Of a stretch of 64,000 nt of DNA, positions 1 through 12,704 are shown in pieces. The stretch covers positions 65,658,001-65,722,000 of the forward strand of contig NC_043010.1 of the NCBI RefSeq assembly GCF_006345805.1. The letters run 5' to 3'. Below the pieces are notes generated by a model. That model searched no databases and was not told where the DNA came from. It saw only the letters and a program-made list of their open reading frames with translations. Origin of the DNA: Octopus sinensis. Taxonomy: Eukaryota. How positions within the stretch are numbered: the first letter of the stretch is position 1; each line of letters begins with the position of its first letter. Position numbers and translations under genes: made by a program.

Positions 1-5
1 ATATA

Positions 6-186
6 GGCGTAGGAGTGGCTGTGCGGTAAGTAGCTTGTTTACCAACCACATGGTTCCGGGTTCAGTCCCACTGCGTGGCAAGTGGCAAGTGCCAAGTGCC
101 TTGGGCAAGTGCCTTCTACTATAGCCCCGGGCCGACCAAAGCCTTGTGAGTGGATTTGGGAGATGGAAACTGAGAGAAGCCCGTCA
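6..186 (+). mobile_element. tRNA-derived SINE family A, 5' half only
   Basis: A-box-like tggctgtgcggtaag, B-box ggttcagtcc, then ccttgggcaagtg central motif; many copies across the window. Confidence 0.85.
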
Positions 187-204
187 TATATATGTATATA
201 TATA

Positions 205-603
205 GGCGTAGGAGTGGCTGTGCGGTAAGTAGCTTGTTTACCAACCACATGGTTTCGGGTTCAGTCCCACTGCGTGGCACCTTGGGCAAGTGTCTTCTAC
301 TATAGCGTCGGGCCGACCAAAGCCTTGTGAGTGTATTTGGTAGATGGAAACTGAAAGAAGCCCGTCGTATATATGTATATATATATATATATGCGTTTGT
401 GTGTCTGTGTCTGTCTTCCTAGCATTGCTTGACAACCGATGCTGGTGTGCTTATGTCCCCGTTACTTAGTGGTTCGGCAAAAGAGACCGATAGAATAAGT
501 ACTGGGCTTACAAAGAATAAGTCCCGGGGTCGAGTTGCTCGATTAAAGACGGTGCTCCAGCATGGCCACAGTCAAATGACTGAAACAACTAAAAGAGAAA
601 AGA
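205..603 (+). mobile_element. SINE family A, full-length (tRNA head, internal TA/TG microsatellite, tail ccagcatggccacagtcaaatgactgaaac)
   Basis: Head and tail match other copies (8785-9170, 27083-27516); the 3' half is repeated again at 618-828. Confidence 0.88.
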
Positions 604-617
604 TATATATATATATA

Positions 618-828
618 TGTGCGTGTTTGTGTGTCTGTGTCTGTCCCCTAGCATTACTTGACAACCGATGCTGGTGTGCTTATGTCCCCGTTACTTAGCG
701 GTTCGGCAAAAGAGACCGATAGAATAAGTACTGGGCTTACAAAGAATAAGTCCCGGGGTCGAGTTGCTCGATTAAAGGCGGTGCTCCAGCATGGCCACAG
801 TCAAATGACTGAAACAAGTAAAAGTGTA
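618..828 (+). repeat. Tandem duplicate of the SINE-A 3' half
   Basis: Near-identical to 390-603; ORFs 429-698 and 658-852 give the same peptide. Confidence 0.85.
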
Positions 829-1014
829 AAAGAGTATACCTCAATAACATAGACACCTCTAGTTGAATTGAATGGTATATAATTCCCTTTGGAAAATAAA
901 TAATTTCCAATATATTAAAATTGTTTTATTCAGCATTGACTAAACATTTTCCAAAAGACAGTAAATGCTATAGAATTTTTAATAAACATAAGTGAAACCA
1001 TAACCCGGGATGAT

Positions 1015-1377
1015 GTGCCAGTCCACTTATGCGTACTTTTCCTTCTGGGGACACAAAACTCTACTTGTGAAGACCTGTTGAGGCAAGTGAGAATCGAAAT
1101 CGATCAACATCAATGGAAATTGCAGCTGAGATACCAGTGCCGGTGGCACGTAAGAGAACCATCTGAACGTGGCTGTTTGCCAGCCTCGTCTGGCACATAA
1201 AAAGCACCCACTACACTCACAGAGTGGTTGGCGTTAGGAAGGGCATCCAGCCGTAGAAACACTGCCAGATCAGACTGGGCCTGGTGCAGCTTTCTGGCTT
1301 CCCAGACCCCAGTTGAACCATCCAACCCATGCTAGCATGGAAAGCGGACGCTAAACGAGGATGATGATGATGATGAT
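1015..1377 (+). mobile_element. RTE LINE 3' UTR fragment ending in (GAT)n
   Basis: ggttggcgttaggaagggcatccagccgtagaaac ... gctagcatggaaagcggacg, same as the 3' end of the RTE at 58542-60067. Confidence 0.85.
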
Positions 1378-1861
1378 AGAGTTAAATTAGCTTTTTCTAT
1401 TAGCAAAAATCAAACACAAAATGTAGCAACACACAACACTAGTAAATTTACCAGTTTCCATATGAACAATAGCAATTATAGTAACCAGAATTATAACTAT
1501 AGATCAATAAATAGCAACAATGTCAACACGAGCAAACAAACCATAAGTAACACAACTAGGTATCAAGATAAGAAGTATAGTTTGACAACCAATGAAATAG
1601 AAGAGACCCAAGTGAACTCATCTGTTGGCCTGGAAGTAGATGTGGATCCTAAAATAACAGTACTCAGAATGTTGTCAATGTGCAAAAGGCTAATGGCTTA
1701 GAAGATAGACAGGTGACTATAAAAATCACATACGGATACTATTAATAGAAGTATTGCATGTATTCTCAGATTACACATGCAAATTCACAGGTAAAATATG
1801 TATTTAAATAAATAAATAAATAAATTCATGAATGCATGTTGTTTTCACAGCGATGATGCAG

Positions 1862-1863
1862 AA

Positions 1864-1897
<34 letters not shown>

Positions 1898-2043
1898 GTT
1901 ATTATTATTATTATTATTATTGTTATTATTATTATATTATATTATTATTATTATTATTATTGTTATTATTATTATTATTATTATATATTATTATTATTTT
2001 TACTATTATTATTATTATTATTATTATATTATTATTATTATTA

Positions 2044-2101
<58 letters not shown>

Positions 2102-2121
2102 GTTATTATAATTATTATTAA
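1862..2121. repeat. (TAT)n microsatellite
   Basis: Directly visible. Confidence 0.97.
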
Positions 2122-2152
2122 TAAAGAGTAATTAATTTCATAATTTTATACA

Positions 2153-2253
2153 GGATATTATAATGACCTGCGCAGGTTTCCACAGCACCAACTGCTCATT
2201 GTTGCAGATGCAATTTTGCATTATTGTTGGTGCAGCTTCATCAGAGTCCATCC
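2153..2253 (-). ncRNA. Degenerate type-I hammerhead-like motif
   Basis: Minus strand: CUGAUGA, long stem II (GCACCAAC/GUUGGUGC), GAAA, palindromic ACCUGCGCAGGU stem III, GUC; stem I is poorly paired. Confidence 0.4.
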
Positions 2254-2510
2254 GTTTGTTGGTCATCCACCAAGTGAACATATCCCTTCAAACTCACTTA
2301 CATATATATATATATTTTTTTGGGAGTAATGACTTTGAAAGTCCCTCCTAGCGTGTGGCATTTATGTGTAATAATGCCCTCTATATAATATAAATAAATA
2401 TTTTCAAGTGAAAAAATTTTCAGATTTTTTCTCTTATGAGGTTTTTCACGCTAACTACCTGATAATTTCTTGTTAAGATTTCTTATTAAGATTTTATCCT
2501 TAATTGTTAA

Positions 2511-2544
<34 letters not shown>

Positions 2545-2546
<2 letters not shown>

Positions 2547-2770
2547 TTTATTTAAAAGTAGCAGAAATATAACAAAAGCTGTTACTCAGAGTTTCACTTT
2601 CCCGTTTGTCGGACAGTTTTCTCTATTTCAACAAAACTGTTCGACGAACAGGAACGTGAAACTCTGAGTAACAGCTTTTGTTATATTTCTGCTACTTTTA
2701 AATAAAGCATATTACTCTACCTCTGATATTTGAGTACACTTTTTTCCACATTTATGTGCTTACTCCAGAA
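2545..2770. mobile_element. Penelope-like pLTR-type element, family 2 (inverted pair of hammerhead-like arms plus tail), degraded
   Basis: Inverted arms 2545-2620 and 2630-2705; homologous to 39066-39376; flanked by (TA)n. Confidence 0.6.
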
Positions 2771-3109
2771 TGTATATATGTATATATATATATGTTGCCA
2801 GCATGGAAAACGATCATTAAAGGATGATGATATGTATGTTAATGAATTTGTTTTTTCAAGATTCTTGGTGTGAAGCCGTGTGTTGAAACAGTTATTGTTA
2901 TAGTTGGGGATGGACATTTTTTTCCTATTCATGCCAAATAAACACATGCACTCTAAATATATTCGTTCTTCACTCATTTATTATTGTTCTTATTCTATCT
3001 TATGTTCATTGTCTGGAAATTTTTCATCACACATCTGTGACCTCTGCAGAGATACTTTCTATCCATGTGTATCTTCCTGCTCAGATTCCCCACTTTTAAA
3101 TATATATAT

Positions 3110-3118
3110 TTATATGCA

Positions 3119-3170
<52 letters not shown>

Positions 3171-3206
3171 CATACATACATACACACCTGCACATGCACA
3201 CAGACA

Positions 3207-3246
<40 letters not shown>

Positions 3247-3787
3247 ACACACACACTCTGTATGTGTGACTAATAATGTTTATGTTACTAGAGCTGCTCT
3301 TAATTCGTGATTTAATTTTATACATACAAACATTCATATATACATACATACATCCATACATACATCCAGCCAACCAGCCAGCCATCCATACATACATACA
3401 TATATACTTACGTACATACAAATACATGAAACATACATACATACATACATACATACACACACACATACATACATACATACATACATACATACACACACAC
3501 ACATACATACATACATACATACATATATACATACAAAATACATACATACATATATACACTCATACAACCCTGATGTTGATGTTGAAATTCCAGTGAAGGA
3601 TCTAGGTTAGAAACCAGTTCTTTCTCTATTGACAAGAAATCTTGAAATAAAGTGAATAATGACATATATGCATACATATACACACAGCCACATGCACACG
3701 CATATGCATACATACATACATACATACACACATACATACATACATACATACATAATTACATACATACATACACACATACATACATAA

Positions 3788-3818
<31 letters not shown>

Positions 3819-4095
3819 CTTTCATTACATGCATACATACATACATACATACATACATACATACATACATACTTTCATTACATGCATACATACATACATA
3901 CATACATACATACATACATACATACATACATACATACAAATACATACATACATACATACATACATACATACATACATACATACATACATACGTACATACA
4001 TACATACATACATACATACATACATACATACATACATGCATAATTACATACATACACACATAATACATACATACATACATACATAATTACATACA
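3110..4095. repeat. Compound (TA)/(CA)/(ACAT)n microsatellite block
   Basis: Directly visible. Confidence 0.95.
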
Positions 4096-4635
4096 GACAT
4101 ACATGCATGTGTGTGTGTGTGTTTCTTTGAATTTGTATACGTTTGTGCTTCTCTGCAAATTATTGAGCTACAAAAATTCTCATTTCACAGCCAAGAAAGC
4201 AGCCCCTGGCATTGCACTTTCAACAACATTTGAAACAAGAGACCTCTAACCTTGAACAATAGGTAAGGGTTAGCAACAGGAAAGGCATCTGGTGGTAAAA
4301 CAATGCCTCTATAATATACTCATCTAACCCATACTAGTATGGAGAAAACAGATGTAAAAGCAAACTAAGAAGCGAATACATAAAGCAATTGTTATATCTC
4401 CTGAACTATTTATTGTAGATAATGTGCTGATGTTTCTTAGGCAACATGGTTTAAGTGTTGTTAGATAATAGATAACAGGGTCACACTGTTGGTAGGAGAG
4501 GTCAGGAAGGTAGAGGAAAGAGGTGAAATGACATAAATTAAAATGAAATAAAATAAAGCAAAGTGAAACATGAGGAGGTTAAATTTCAAGAGATTTAAAG
4601 ATATAGAAGTTTTATCATCATCATCATCATCATCA

Positions 4636-5750
4636 TCATCATTATCATCATTGTTTAATGTCCGCTTTCCATGCTAGCATGGGTCGGACGATTTGACTGA
4701 GGTCTGGCGAACCAGATGGCTGCACCAGGCTCCAATCTTGATCTGGCAGAGTTTCTACAGCTGGATGCCCTTCCTATTGCCAACCACTCCGAGAGTGTAG
4801 TGGGTGCTTTTACGTGCCACCGGCACAAGGGCCAGTCAGGCAGTACTGGCAACGGCCACGCTCAAATGGTGTGTTTTACGTGCCACCTGCACAGGAGCCA
4901 ATCCAGCAGCATTGGCAACAACCTCACTCGAATGTTTTTTCACGTGCCACCAGCACAAGTGCCAGTAAGGCGATGCTGGTATTGATCACGCTCGAATGGT
5001 ACTTTTTACGTGCCACCAGCACAGAAGCCAGTAAGCTGCTCTGGCAACAATTACGTTCGGATGGTGCTCTTAGCGCTCCACTAGCACGGATGCCAGTCAT
5101 CGAATTTGATTTTGATTTCACTTGCCTCAGCAGGTCTTCGCAAGCAGAATTTAGTATCCAATGAAGGAAAGGTACGCATAAGTGGACTGGTTACACCCCT
5201 GGCATAGGCCATGAGGTTATGGCCTCACTTGGCTTGCTGGGTCTTCTCAAGCACAGCATATTTTCAAAGGTCTTGGTCTCTAGTCATTGCCTTGGTAAGG
5301 CCTAATGTTCAAAGGTCGTGCTTCACCACTTCATCCAAGGGTGTGGCACTTTTTCACACAGCTATCCTCATCTATTCCCGCCACATGACCATACCAGTGC
5401 AGTCGTCTCTCCTGTACACCACATCTGATGCTTCTTAGGTCCAACTTTTCTCTCAAGGTACTTACACTCTGTCGAGTATGCACACTGACATTACACATCC
5501 ATCGGATCATACTAGCTTCATTCCTTGCAAGCTAACGCATGTCCTCGGCAGTCACGGCCCATGTTTCACTGCCATGTAGCATGGCTGTTCGTACACATGC
5601 GTCATAAAATCTAATTTTTACTCTGAACGAGAGACCCTTTGTCACCAGCAGAGGTAAGAGCTCTCTGAACTTTGCCCAGGCTAGTCTTATTTTAGCAGCT
5701 ACACCTTCAGGCTTATGAATATGGAAGTTGATGCTGATATAAATTGATCT
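4636..5750 (-). mobile_element. RTE LINE 3' fragment (degraded RT C-terminus plus 3' UTR)
   Basis: Peptide IRLAWAKFRELLPLLVTKGLSFRVKIRFYDACVRTAMLHGSETW, stops and deletions, (GAT)n tail at about 4610-4650. Confidence 0.88.
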
Positions 5751-5814
5751 GTCTGTCAAATTTTCTCTCTATCAATCAGCACTTCTGTTTGTCAACTTAT
5801 TTATCTGCCTGTTT

Positions 5815-6005
5815 CTTTATTGCTTCTGTCATTTGACTGTGGCTATGCTGGAGCACCGCCTTTAGTTGAACAAATCGACCCCAGGACTTATTCTTTGTTA
5901 ACCTAGTACTTATTCCATCAGTCCCTTTTGCTGAATTACTAAGTTACAGTGATATAAACACATCATCAGTTGTCAAGCGATGATGGGGGGGAACAAACAC
6001 AGACA
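5815..6005 (-). mobile_element. SINE-A 3' half
   Basis: Reverse complement of the SINE-A tail. Confidence 0.8.
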
Positions 6006-6027
6006 CACAAATACATACATACATACA

Positions 6028-6059
<32 letters not shown>

Positions 6060-6139
6060 AATATATATGTATATATACATGTATATATTTACATATATAT
6101 ATAAATATAAATACATATATGTATGTGTGTATATGTATA

Positions 6140-7495
6140 TCATCATCATCATCATCATCGTTTAGCGTCCGTTTTCCATGCTAGCATGGGTTGGACGGTT
6201 CTACTGGGGTCTGTGAAGCCAGAAGGCTTCATCAGGCCCAGTCAAATCTGGCAGTGTTTCTACGGCTGGATGCCCTTCCTAACGCCAACCACTCCGTGAG
6301 TGTAGTGGGTGCTTTTTACGTGCCACCCGCACTGGTGCCAGACAGAGCTGGCAAACGGCCACGAACGGATGGTGCTTTTTATGTGCCACCGGCACGAGGG
6401 CCAGGCGAGGCTGGCAACGGACACGAAACGGGGCATGCTGGCAACGGTCGCGAAACGGAAAGTTCTCTTACATGCCACCGGCACTGGTAACACATCTGCA
6501 ATTTCCATTGATCGATTTCCATTGATCGATTTCCATTCTGATCGTCACTTGCCTCAACGGGTCTTCAGAAGCAGAGTTTTGACATGCCACTGGCACTGGT
6601 AGCACATCCGCAATTTCCATTGATCGATTTCGATTCTGATCCTCACTTGCCTCATCACGTCTTCACAAGTAGAGTTTTGTGTCCCAAGAAGGGAAGGTAT
6701 GCATACGTAGGCTGGCTCCATCCCATGTAGAAGGCCACGGGTTATGGAGTCACTTGTCCTGCCGGGTCTTCTCGCGCACAGCACACTTCCAGAGGTCTCG
6801 GTCTCTAGTCATTTCCTCAGTGAGACCTAAAGTTCGAAGGTCGTGCTTCACCACCTCGTCCCAGGTTTTCCTGGGTCTGCCTCTTCCACAGGTTCCCTCA
6901 ACCGCTAGGGTGGTGGCACTTTTTCACACAACTATCTTCATCCATTCTCGCCACATGACCATACCAGCGCAAACGTCTCTCTTGCACACCACAACTGATG
7001 CTTCTTAGGTCCAGCTTTTCTCTCAAGGTACTTACACTCTGCCGAGTGTGAGTACCGGCATTACACATCCATCGGAGCATACTGGCTTCATTTCTAGCGA
7101 GCTTACGCATATCCTCAGCAGTCACGGCCCATGTTTCACTGCCATGTAGCATGGCTGTTCGTACACACGCATCATACAGTCTGCCTTTCACTCTGTGCGA
7201 GAGGCCTTTTGTCACCAGCAGAGGTAAGAGCTCTCTGAACTTTGCCAAGCTATTCTTACTCTAGCAGTTACACTTTCAGCACACCCGCCCCCGCTGCTGA
7301 CTTGGTCACCTAGGTAACGGAAACTATCAACTATTTCTAGTTTTTCTCCCTGGAAAGTGACGGAAGTTGGTCTCAGAGCATTTTCAGTGTTTATTGTTCC
7401 TGAGCATCTGCCACATACAAAAACCATCTTCCTAGTTAGCCTTCCTTTGACATTGCTGCATCTCTTATGTGTCCATAGCTTACACTTGGTGATAT
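6140..7495 (-). mobile_element. 5'-truncated RTE LINE with frameshifted RT C-terminus and 3' UTR
   Basis: Peptides TKCKLWTHKRCSNVKGRLTRKMVFVCGRC...VDSFRYLGDQV and AKFRELLPLL...QERRLRWYGHV; frameshifts near 7248 and 6915; (GAT)n tail. Confidence 0.92.
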
Positions 7496-7498
7496 ATA

Positions 7499-7532
<34 letters not shown>

Positions 7533-7909
7533 GGTGGTGGCGGCGGCGGCGATGGTAGTGGTGGTGGTGATGATGATGAAAATGCAGTCCATACAGTTTG
7601 ATATTTTTGTGTCTTTTTTATTTTTTTTTAACGAAGACTTTTATTATTTAAGCAAATGAATTTTTTTTTTTTAATTGAGTCTCTTTCATCTTTTAATTAC
7701 AGACTGATTCCAGCCAACCAATCATGAAAACTGTTGAAAACCCTTTCTTACTTGTTTTTGTTCATTTCCACTCGTTAGCCCTAATGAAGCTGTCAGCCTA
7801 CCAGTGCACACTACTAACTAAACATTGTTTTAATCAAATTAACATGATTTTTTTAAAAAATGTTACCCTGACATTTTGATAAGCATATGTTTATATCAAG
7901 GGCAGAGCT

Positions 7910-8054
7910 CTTCTTTTTCTTCTCTCCCTCCACTTTTCCATCCCTCCTCTTCCTCTTCCCCCACGTCTTCCTTCTTCATTTTTCACTTCCTTTTCTTCCT
8001 CTTCTTTTTCTTCCTATATTCCTTCTTCTTCTTCTTCTTCTTATTATTATTATA

Positions 8055-8114
<60 letters not shown>

Positions 8115-8122
8115 GTTGTTGT

Positions 8123-8155
<33 letters not shown>

Positions 8156-8350
8156 TCCTCATCCTCCTTCACCTCCTCCATCTCCTCCTTCTTCTATTTC
8201 ATTCCCTTCTCCTCCACCTTTTATTCTCCTCTCCTTCACGCCTTTTTTCCTTCTTTCCTCTTCCTCCCCCACTTCTCCTTCCTCCTCATTCTCCTCTTCC
8301 TCCCCTCATTCTCCCCCCTCCCCTGCCTGATGCTACTCTTTCTTCTTTTC
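7910..8350. repeat. Polypyrimidine low-complexity tract with embedded (TAT)n
   Basis: Directly visible. Confidence 0.9.
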
Positions 8351-8784
8351 TTCATCCATCTCATTTCCAACTTTCTATCGGCATCAAGTGTAAGGCATGT
8401 GAGAAAACAAGAAGGTGCTAAAAGGTGAAACCTTTAATTACACCTGTCGTTTAATTATACTTGTCGTTTAATTACACCTGTTGTTTAGACTCTCCCCCTC
8501 TCACTGACCTCCTTCACCCACTTATCTAACATCAAAAATGCATCAAAACTCAACACTAAACCCCACCCCCAATAAGGATCTCCGCTCACCCCTCAAGAAC
8601 CTCACAAAAAAACTGTGGGTATGAAACTCTTCATTTTTATGTAAAAATGTGTTGGGCAAGACACCAGAGAAGTGGGACTCTGGTTCTGTGGATGAGAACC
8701 CTTTGGAGTGCTGGAGTAAATCCTAAGTAATTAAGAACCAGTGTGGAGACCCTTCTGCGGTGAGATAAATTACTCTTTACTCTT

Positions 8785-9170
8785 TACTCTTTTACTTGTT
8801 TCTGTCATTTGACTGTGGCCATGCTGGAGCACCGCCTTTAGTCGAGCAAATCGACCCTGGGACTTATTCTTTGTAAGCCCAGTACTTATTCTATCGGTCT
8901 CTTTTGCCGAACCGCTAAGTGACGGCGACGTAAACACAGCAGCATCGGTTGTCAAGCAATGCTAGGGGGACAAACACAGACACACAAACACACACATATA
9001 TATATATATACGACAGGCTTCTTTCAGTTTCTGTCTACCAAATCCACTCACAAGGCATTGGTCGGCCCGGGGCTACAGCAGAAGACACTTGCCCAAGATG
9101 CCACGCAGTGGGACTGAACCCGGAACCATGTGGTTGGTTAGCAAGCTACTTACCACACAGCCACTCCTGT
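8785..9170 (-). mobile_element. SINE-A full-length
   Basis: Reverse complement of 205-603. Confidence 0.88.
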
Positions 9171-9345
9171 ATCTTTAATTACAAAATTTCAAAATTATTT
9201 AACATATGGTATAATTATTAACAGGACAAATTTTAGTCATTTCTCTGCAGACTGAAAAAAATGATGAACAACCTTAAACTAATTTCAAACCTTATTGCTG
9301 TCTCATCAGAGGCGTCTACATTATTCTGACTGCATCCAGAGAAAC

Positions 9346-9745
9346 AAGGTGGCGAACTGGCAGAAACGTTAGCACGCCGGGCGAAATGCGTAGCTGTATT
9401 TCGTCTGCAGTTACGTTCTGAGTTCAAATTCCGCCGAGGTCAACTTTGCCTTTCATCCTTTCGGGGTCGATAAATTAAGTACCAGTTACACACTGGGGTT
9501 GATGTAATCGACTTAATCCATTTTGTCTGTCCTTGTTTGTCCTCTCTGTGTTTAGCCCCTTGTGGGTAGTAAAGAAATAGGTATTTCGTCTACCGCTACG
9601 TTCTAAGTTCAAATTCCGCCGAGGTCGACTTTGCCTTTCATCCTTTCGAGGTTGATTAAATAAGTACCAGTTAAGCACTGGGGTCGATGTAATCAACTTA
9701 ATCCATTTGTCTGTCCTTGTTTGTCCTCTCTGTGTTTAGCACCTT
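9346..9745 (+). mobile_element. tRNA-derived SINE family B with internally duplicated 3' part
   Basis: ggcagaaacgttagc A-box-like, gagttcaaattcc B-box, central cgccgaggtcgactttgcctttcatcctttcggggtcgataaa; from memory this resembles Meta/Sauria-type SINE central domains, which needs alignment. Confidence 0.85.
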
Positions 9746-10938
9746 GTATCCAGAGAAACAAACAGCCAAATTGTTTATATACTCAATACATGCAGCAGTA
9801 ACTCTATGAAGGGGTCCCTAATTTGGATACAGAAAGTGTCTAACACTTTATGAATACCAGTGGCCTTAAATTACAATTTAGATTTTAACAACTTTTGTTA
9901 CCATATTTCTATTGACATACACCTTAATTCAAATTAATATTGGAAATAACGAAGAATTTAGTACAAAAACTTTGTCCTTATTAAACTGGGGTATGGAATG
10001 TAAATTAACATAAATTAACATGAATTAACATTAATCAACATGGAATTTTGAAGGAAAGTTTTAATTTAGGTCATTTAAACAGGAAGTTTGTATGATAGAA
10101 ATGAGGTGGATTGTTATCAAACGAGTCAACCATAGTTTTTGTAGACTTCCATGTTTGTTCATATTTTTTTTTGTTTCCATAAGACTGGTTTGACTGCTGT
10201 GTATGTGCTCACCTCTAAGGAGATGAAGTGACCCCTACACCTGTCTCCTGTCATGGTGAGGTGGAGAACAGTTTAAAGAGTATGTGACCAAAGACAATGA
10301 CCTAGAGCAGGGGTTCTCAGCTGGAGACCATATAAGGGTCCTTGCAGGCAAAATATTAAATAAGGGATCCGCAATACTATATTCAGGGGTCAATGAAAAT
10401 ATTTTGATCCAGATCAGGAGTGGGGAACCTTTTTGTTCATGAAGGTCACCTTACAATTCATTGCCCCTCATAGAGGCCACATTGAACAAATACTTTTTTG
10501 TCATTTTATCCCTTGGCTTAGGCCCCTAAGTAATTTAACAGTAATATCATTAAAAAAAAAAGACAGGTGAATAAAAATTGGAAATATGACATTTTCAAAT
10601 ATTTTACTTAAGTAGGAACTTTTTTTTAGGTGCAGGAGTGGCTGTGTGGTAAGTAGCTTGTTTACCAACCACATCACCATCATCATCGTTGTCGTCGTCA
10701 CTATCATCATCGTAGTCATCATCATAGTCATCATCATCGTTATCGTCATTGTCATCATCATTGTTGTCATCATTATCATCCATCTTCCATGTTAGCATCA
10801 GTTGGAGAATTTGGTCGGATCCAATGGCAAGCATTCCGTTGAAACCCTTAAACAACTCAGCCAGTTCACAGCTATTAGTGACGTATTAGTCACTGCAAAT
10901 GTTTTGGGGTCAAGGGGAAGCAGTGAAAGAGAGAGAGG

Positions 10939-10980
<42 letters not shown>

Positions 10981-11240
10981 AGAAAGGATTTGAAACAAGA
11001 GTGGTTGGAGGTTAGGGGACAAGAAAAAGAGTGAAAAAATAAGGGTGGGAGGATTTAATAGACCGTGTAAAAGTAGGGTTTAGGTATTTTTAAGGGTTCA
11101 TTTGAATGTCAGTGATCTAGAGACAGCTTAACAATTACAATATACCGATTCATGTCAGTACACAAGACGTACAGACAAACCATGTAAATTAGCCGACGAG
11201 CCAACATAGTTTTCGCAAAGGCATGGAAATATGTTATCCA

Positions 11241-11540
11241 GGCAGGTGGAAGGATGGTCATGTGGTTAAGGAGATCGCTTTGCAACCACATGGTTTTGGG
11301 TTCAGTTCCACTGTGTGAGAAACCTTGGGCAAGTGTCTTTTACTATAATTCCAGGTCAACCAATGTGCTTGAAAACTGATGCTGGTGTATTTGTGCCCTT
11401 GTAACTTTGTGGTTCAGCAAAAGAGACTGATGAAATAAGTACTAGGTTTAAAAAATAAGTCCTAGGGTTGATTTGTTCAATCATTCAGGGCAGTGCTCCA
11501 GCATGGCTGCAGTCAAATGCTTGAAACAAGTAAAAGAATA
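11241..11540 (+). mobile_element. SINE-A, diverged
   Basis: Head, ccttgggcaagtg motif and tail recognisable. Confidence 0.75.
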
Positions 11541-11545
11541 AATGA

Positions 11546-11623
<78 letters not shown>

Positions 11624-11626
<3 letters not shown>

Positions 11627-11958
11627 GGCGCATGGCTCAGTGGTTAGAGCGTCGAGCTTACGATCGTGAGGTTGTGAGCTCGAATCCCGGACCGGGCTGC
11701 GTGTTGTGTTCTCGAGCAAGGCACTTTATTTCACGTTGCTCCAGTTCACTCAGCTGTAGAAATGAGTTGCGACGTCACAGTGCCAAGCTGTATCGACCTT
11801 TGTCTTTCCCTTGGATAACACTGGTGGCGTGGAGAGGGGAGGCCGGTATGCGTGGGCGACTGCTGGCCTTCCATAAACAACCTTGCCCGGACTTGTATCT
11901 AGGAAGGTAACTTTCTAGGTGCAATCCCATGGTCATTCATGACCGAAGGGGTTCTTTA

Positions 11959-11961
<3 letters not shown>
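11624..11961 (+). mobile_element. tRNA-derived SINE family C
   Basis: tggctcagtggttagagc A-box, gctcgaatccc B-box, gagcaaggcactttatttcacgttgctcc central part; second copy at 44402-44738. Confidence 0.88.
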
Positions 11962-11994
<33 letters not shown>

Positions 11995-12141
11995 TTACAT
12001 ATATATACACACACATATATATATGTATATATATGTATGTGTGTGTGTGTGTGTGTGTATCTTCACTACAGTAACAAACCTATTCTTGTTTCTCTATCAT
12101 ACATCAACCTCTCAACACCAACCATAAAGCATCTTGCATAT

Positions 12142-12704
12142 CAGGGGTTCTCAACCATTTTTCATTTCTGGACCACTTAGATTACTCTTTTATTCTAGAG
12201 GAACCTCACAACCATTCAACACTTCAAAACTAGTTTTATAGAAACTTTGATCAAAATTTTGCTATTCTTTCAACTCTTTTGCTCTTCACCTTTGAACTTG
12301 CGTAGGTTGAATTATGTAAAATGCTAGAGAAGGAAGCCTGGCTGTTTCTTACAGTACATACCAATACATACATCTAAAGCAGGGTTCTCCACCATTTTTT
12401 ATATATGGAGCCCTTTGGTTACTATTTCATTCTGGTGAACCCCCATAGCCATTCAATGTTTTAAAATTAGTTTTATAGAAACTCCTTTCAAAATCCCTAT
12501 TTTGTTTGCCACACATCAACTTGTGTAGGTTGAACTATATAAAATACTAGAGAAAGAAACCTGGCTGTTTCTTATAATACATACCAATACATTGTAAGCA
12601 AAATCTTTTCAGAATCCCTTAAAATAATATTGTGAATCCCCAATTTACTATTTTGCCGTGTGTATCCCCCAAAACCTTATATAGATCTTGGTTGAGAACC
12701 GCTG
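12142..12704. mobile_element. Two adjacent copies of a hAT-like MITE (caggggttctc...gttgagaaccgctg ends)
   Basis: Terminal inverted motif and internal duplication of about 240 bp; no clear 8-bp TSD. Confidence 0.55.

Noticed and set aside
1828-2131. Poly-Y/I/L, MYVC, poly-V and poly-D ORFs here and throughout
   Set aside because: Translations of microsatellites
4191-4262. AG...GTAAGG candidate exon
   Set aside because: Stops in all three frames, and the donor lies in a decayed RTE tail
9265-9320. Minus-strand CUGAUGA...GAAA
   Set aside because: Stems II and III are mostly unpaired
11624-11700. tRNA genes at SINE heads (also 55735, 60597, 44402)
   Set aside because: They continue into conserved SINE bodies and lack an acceptor-stem closure
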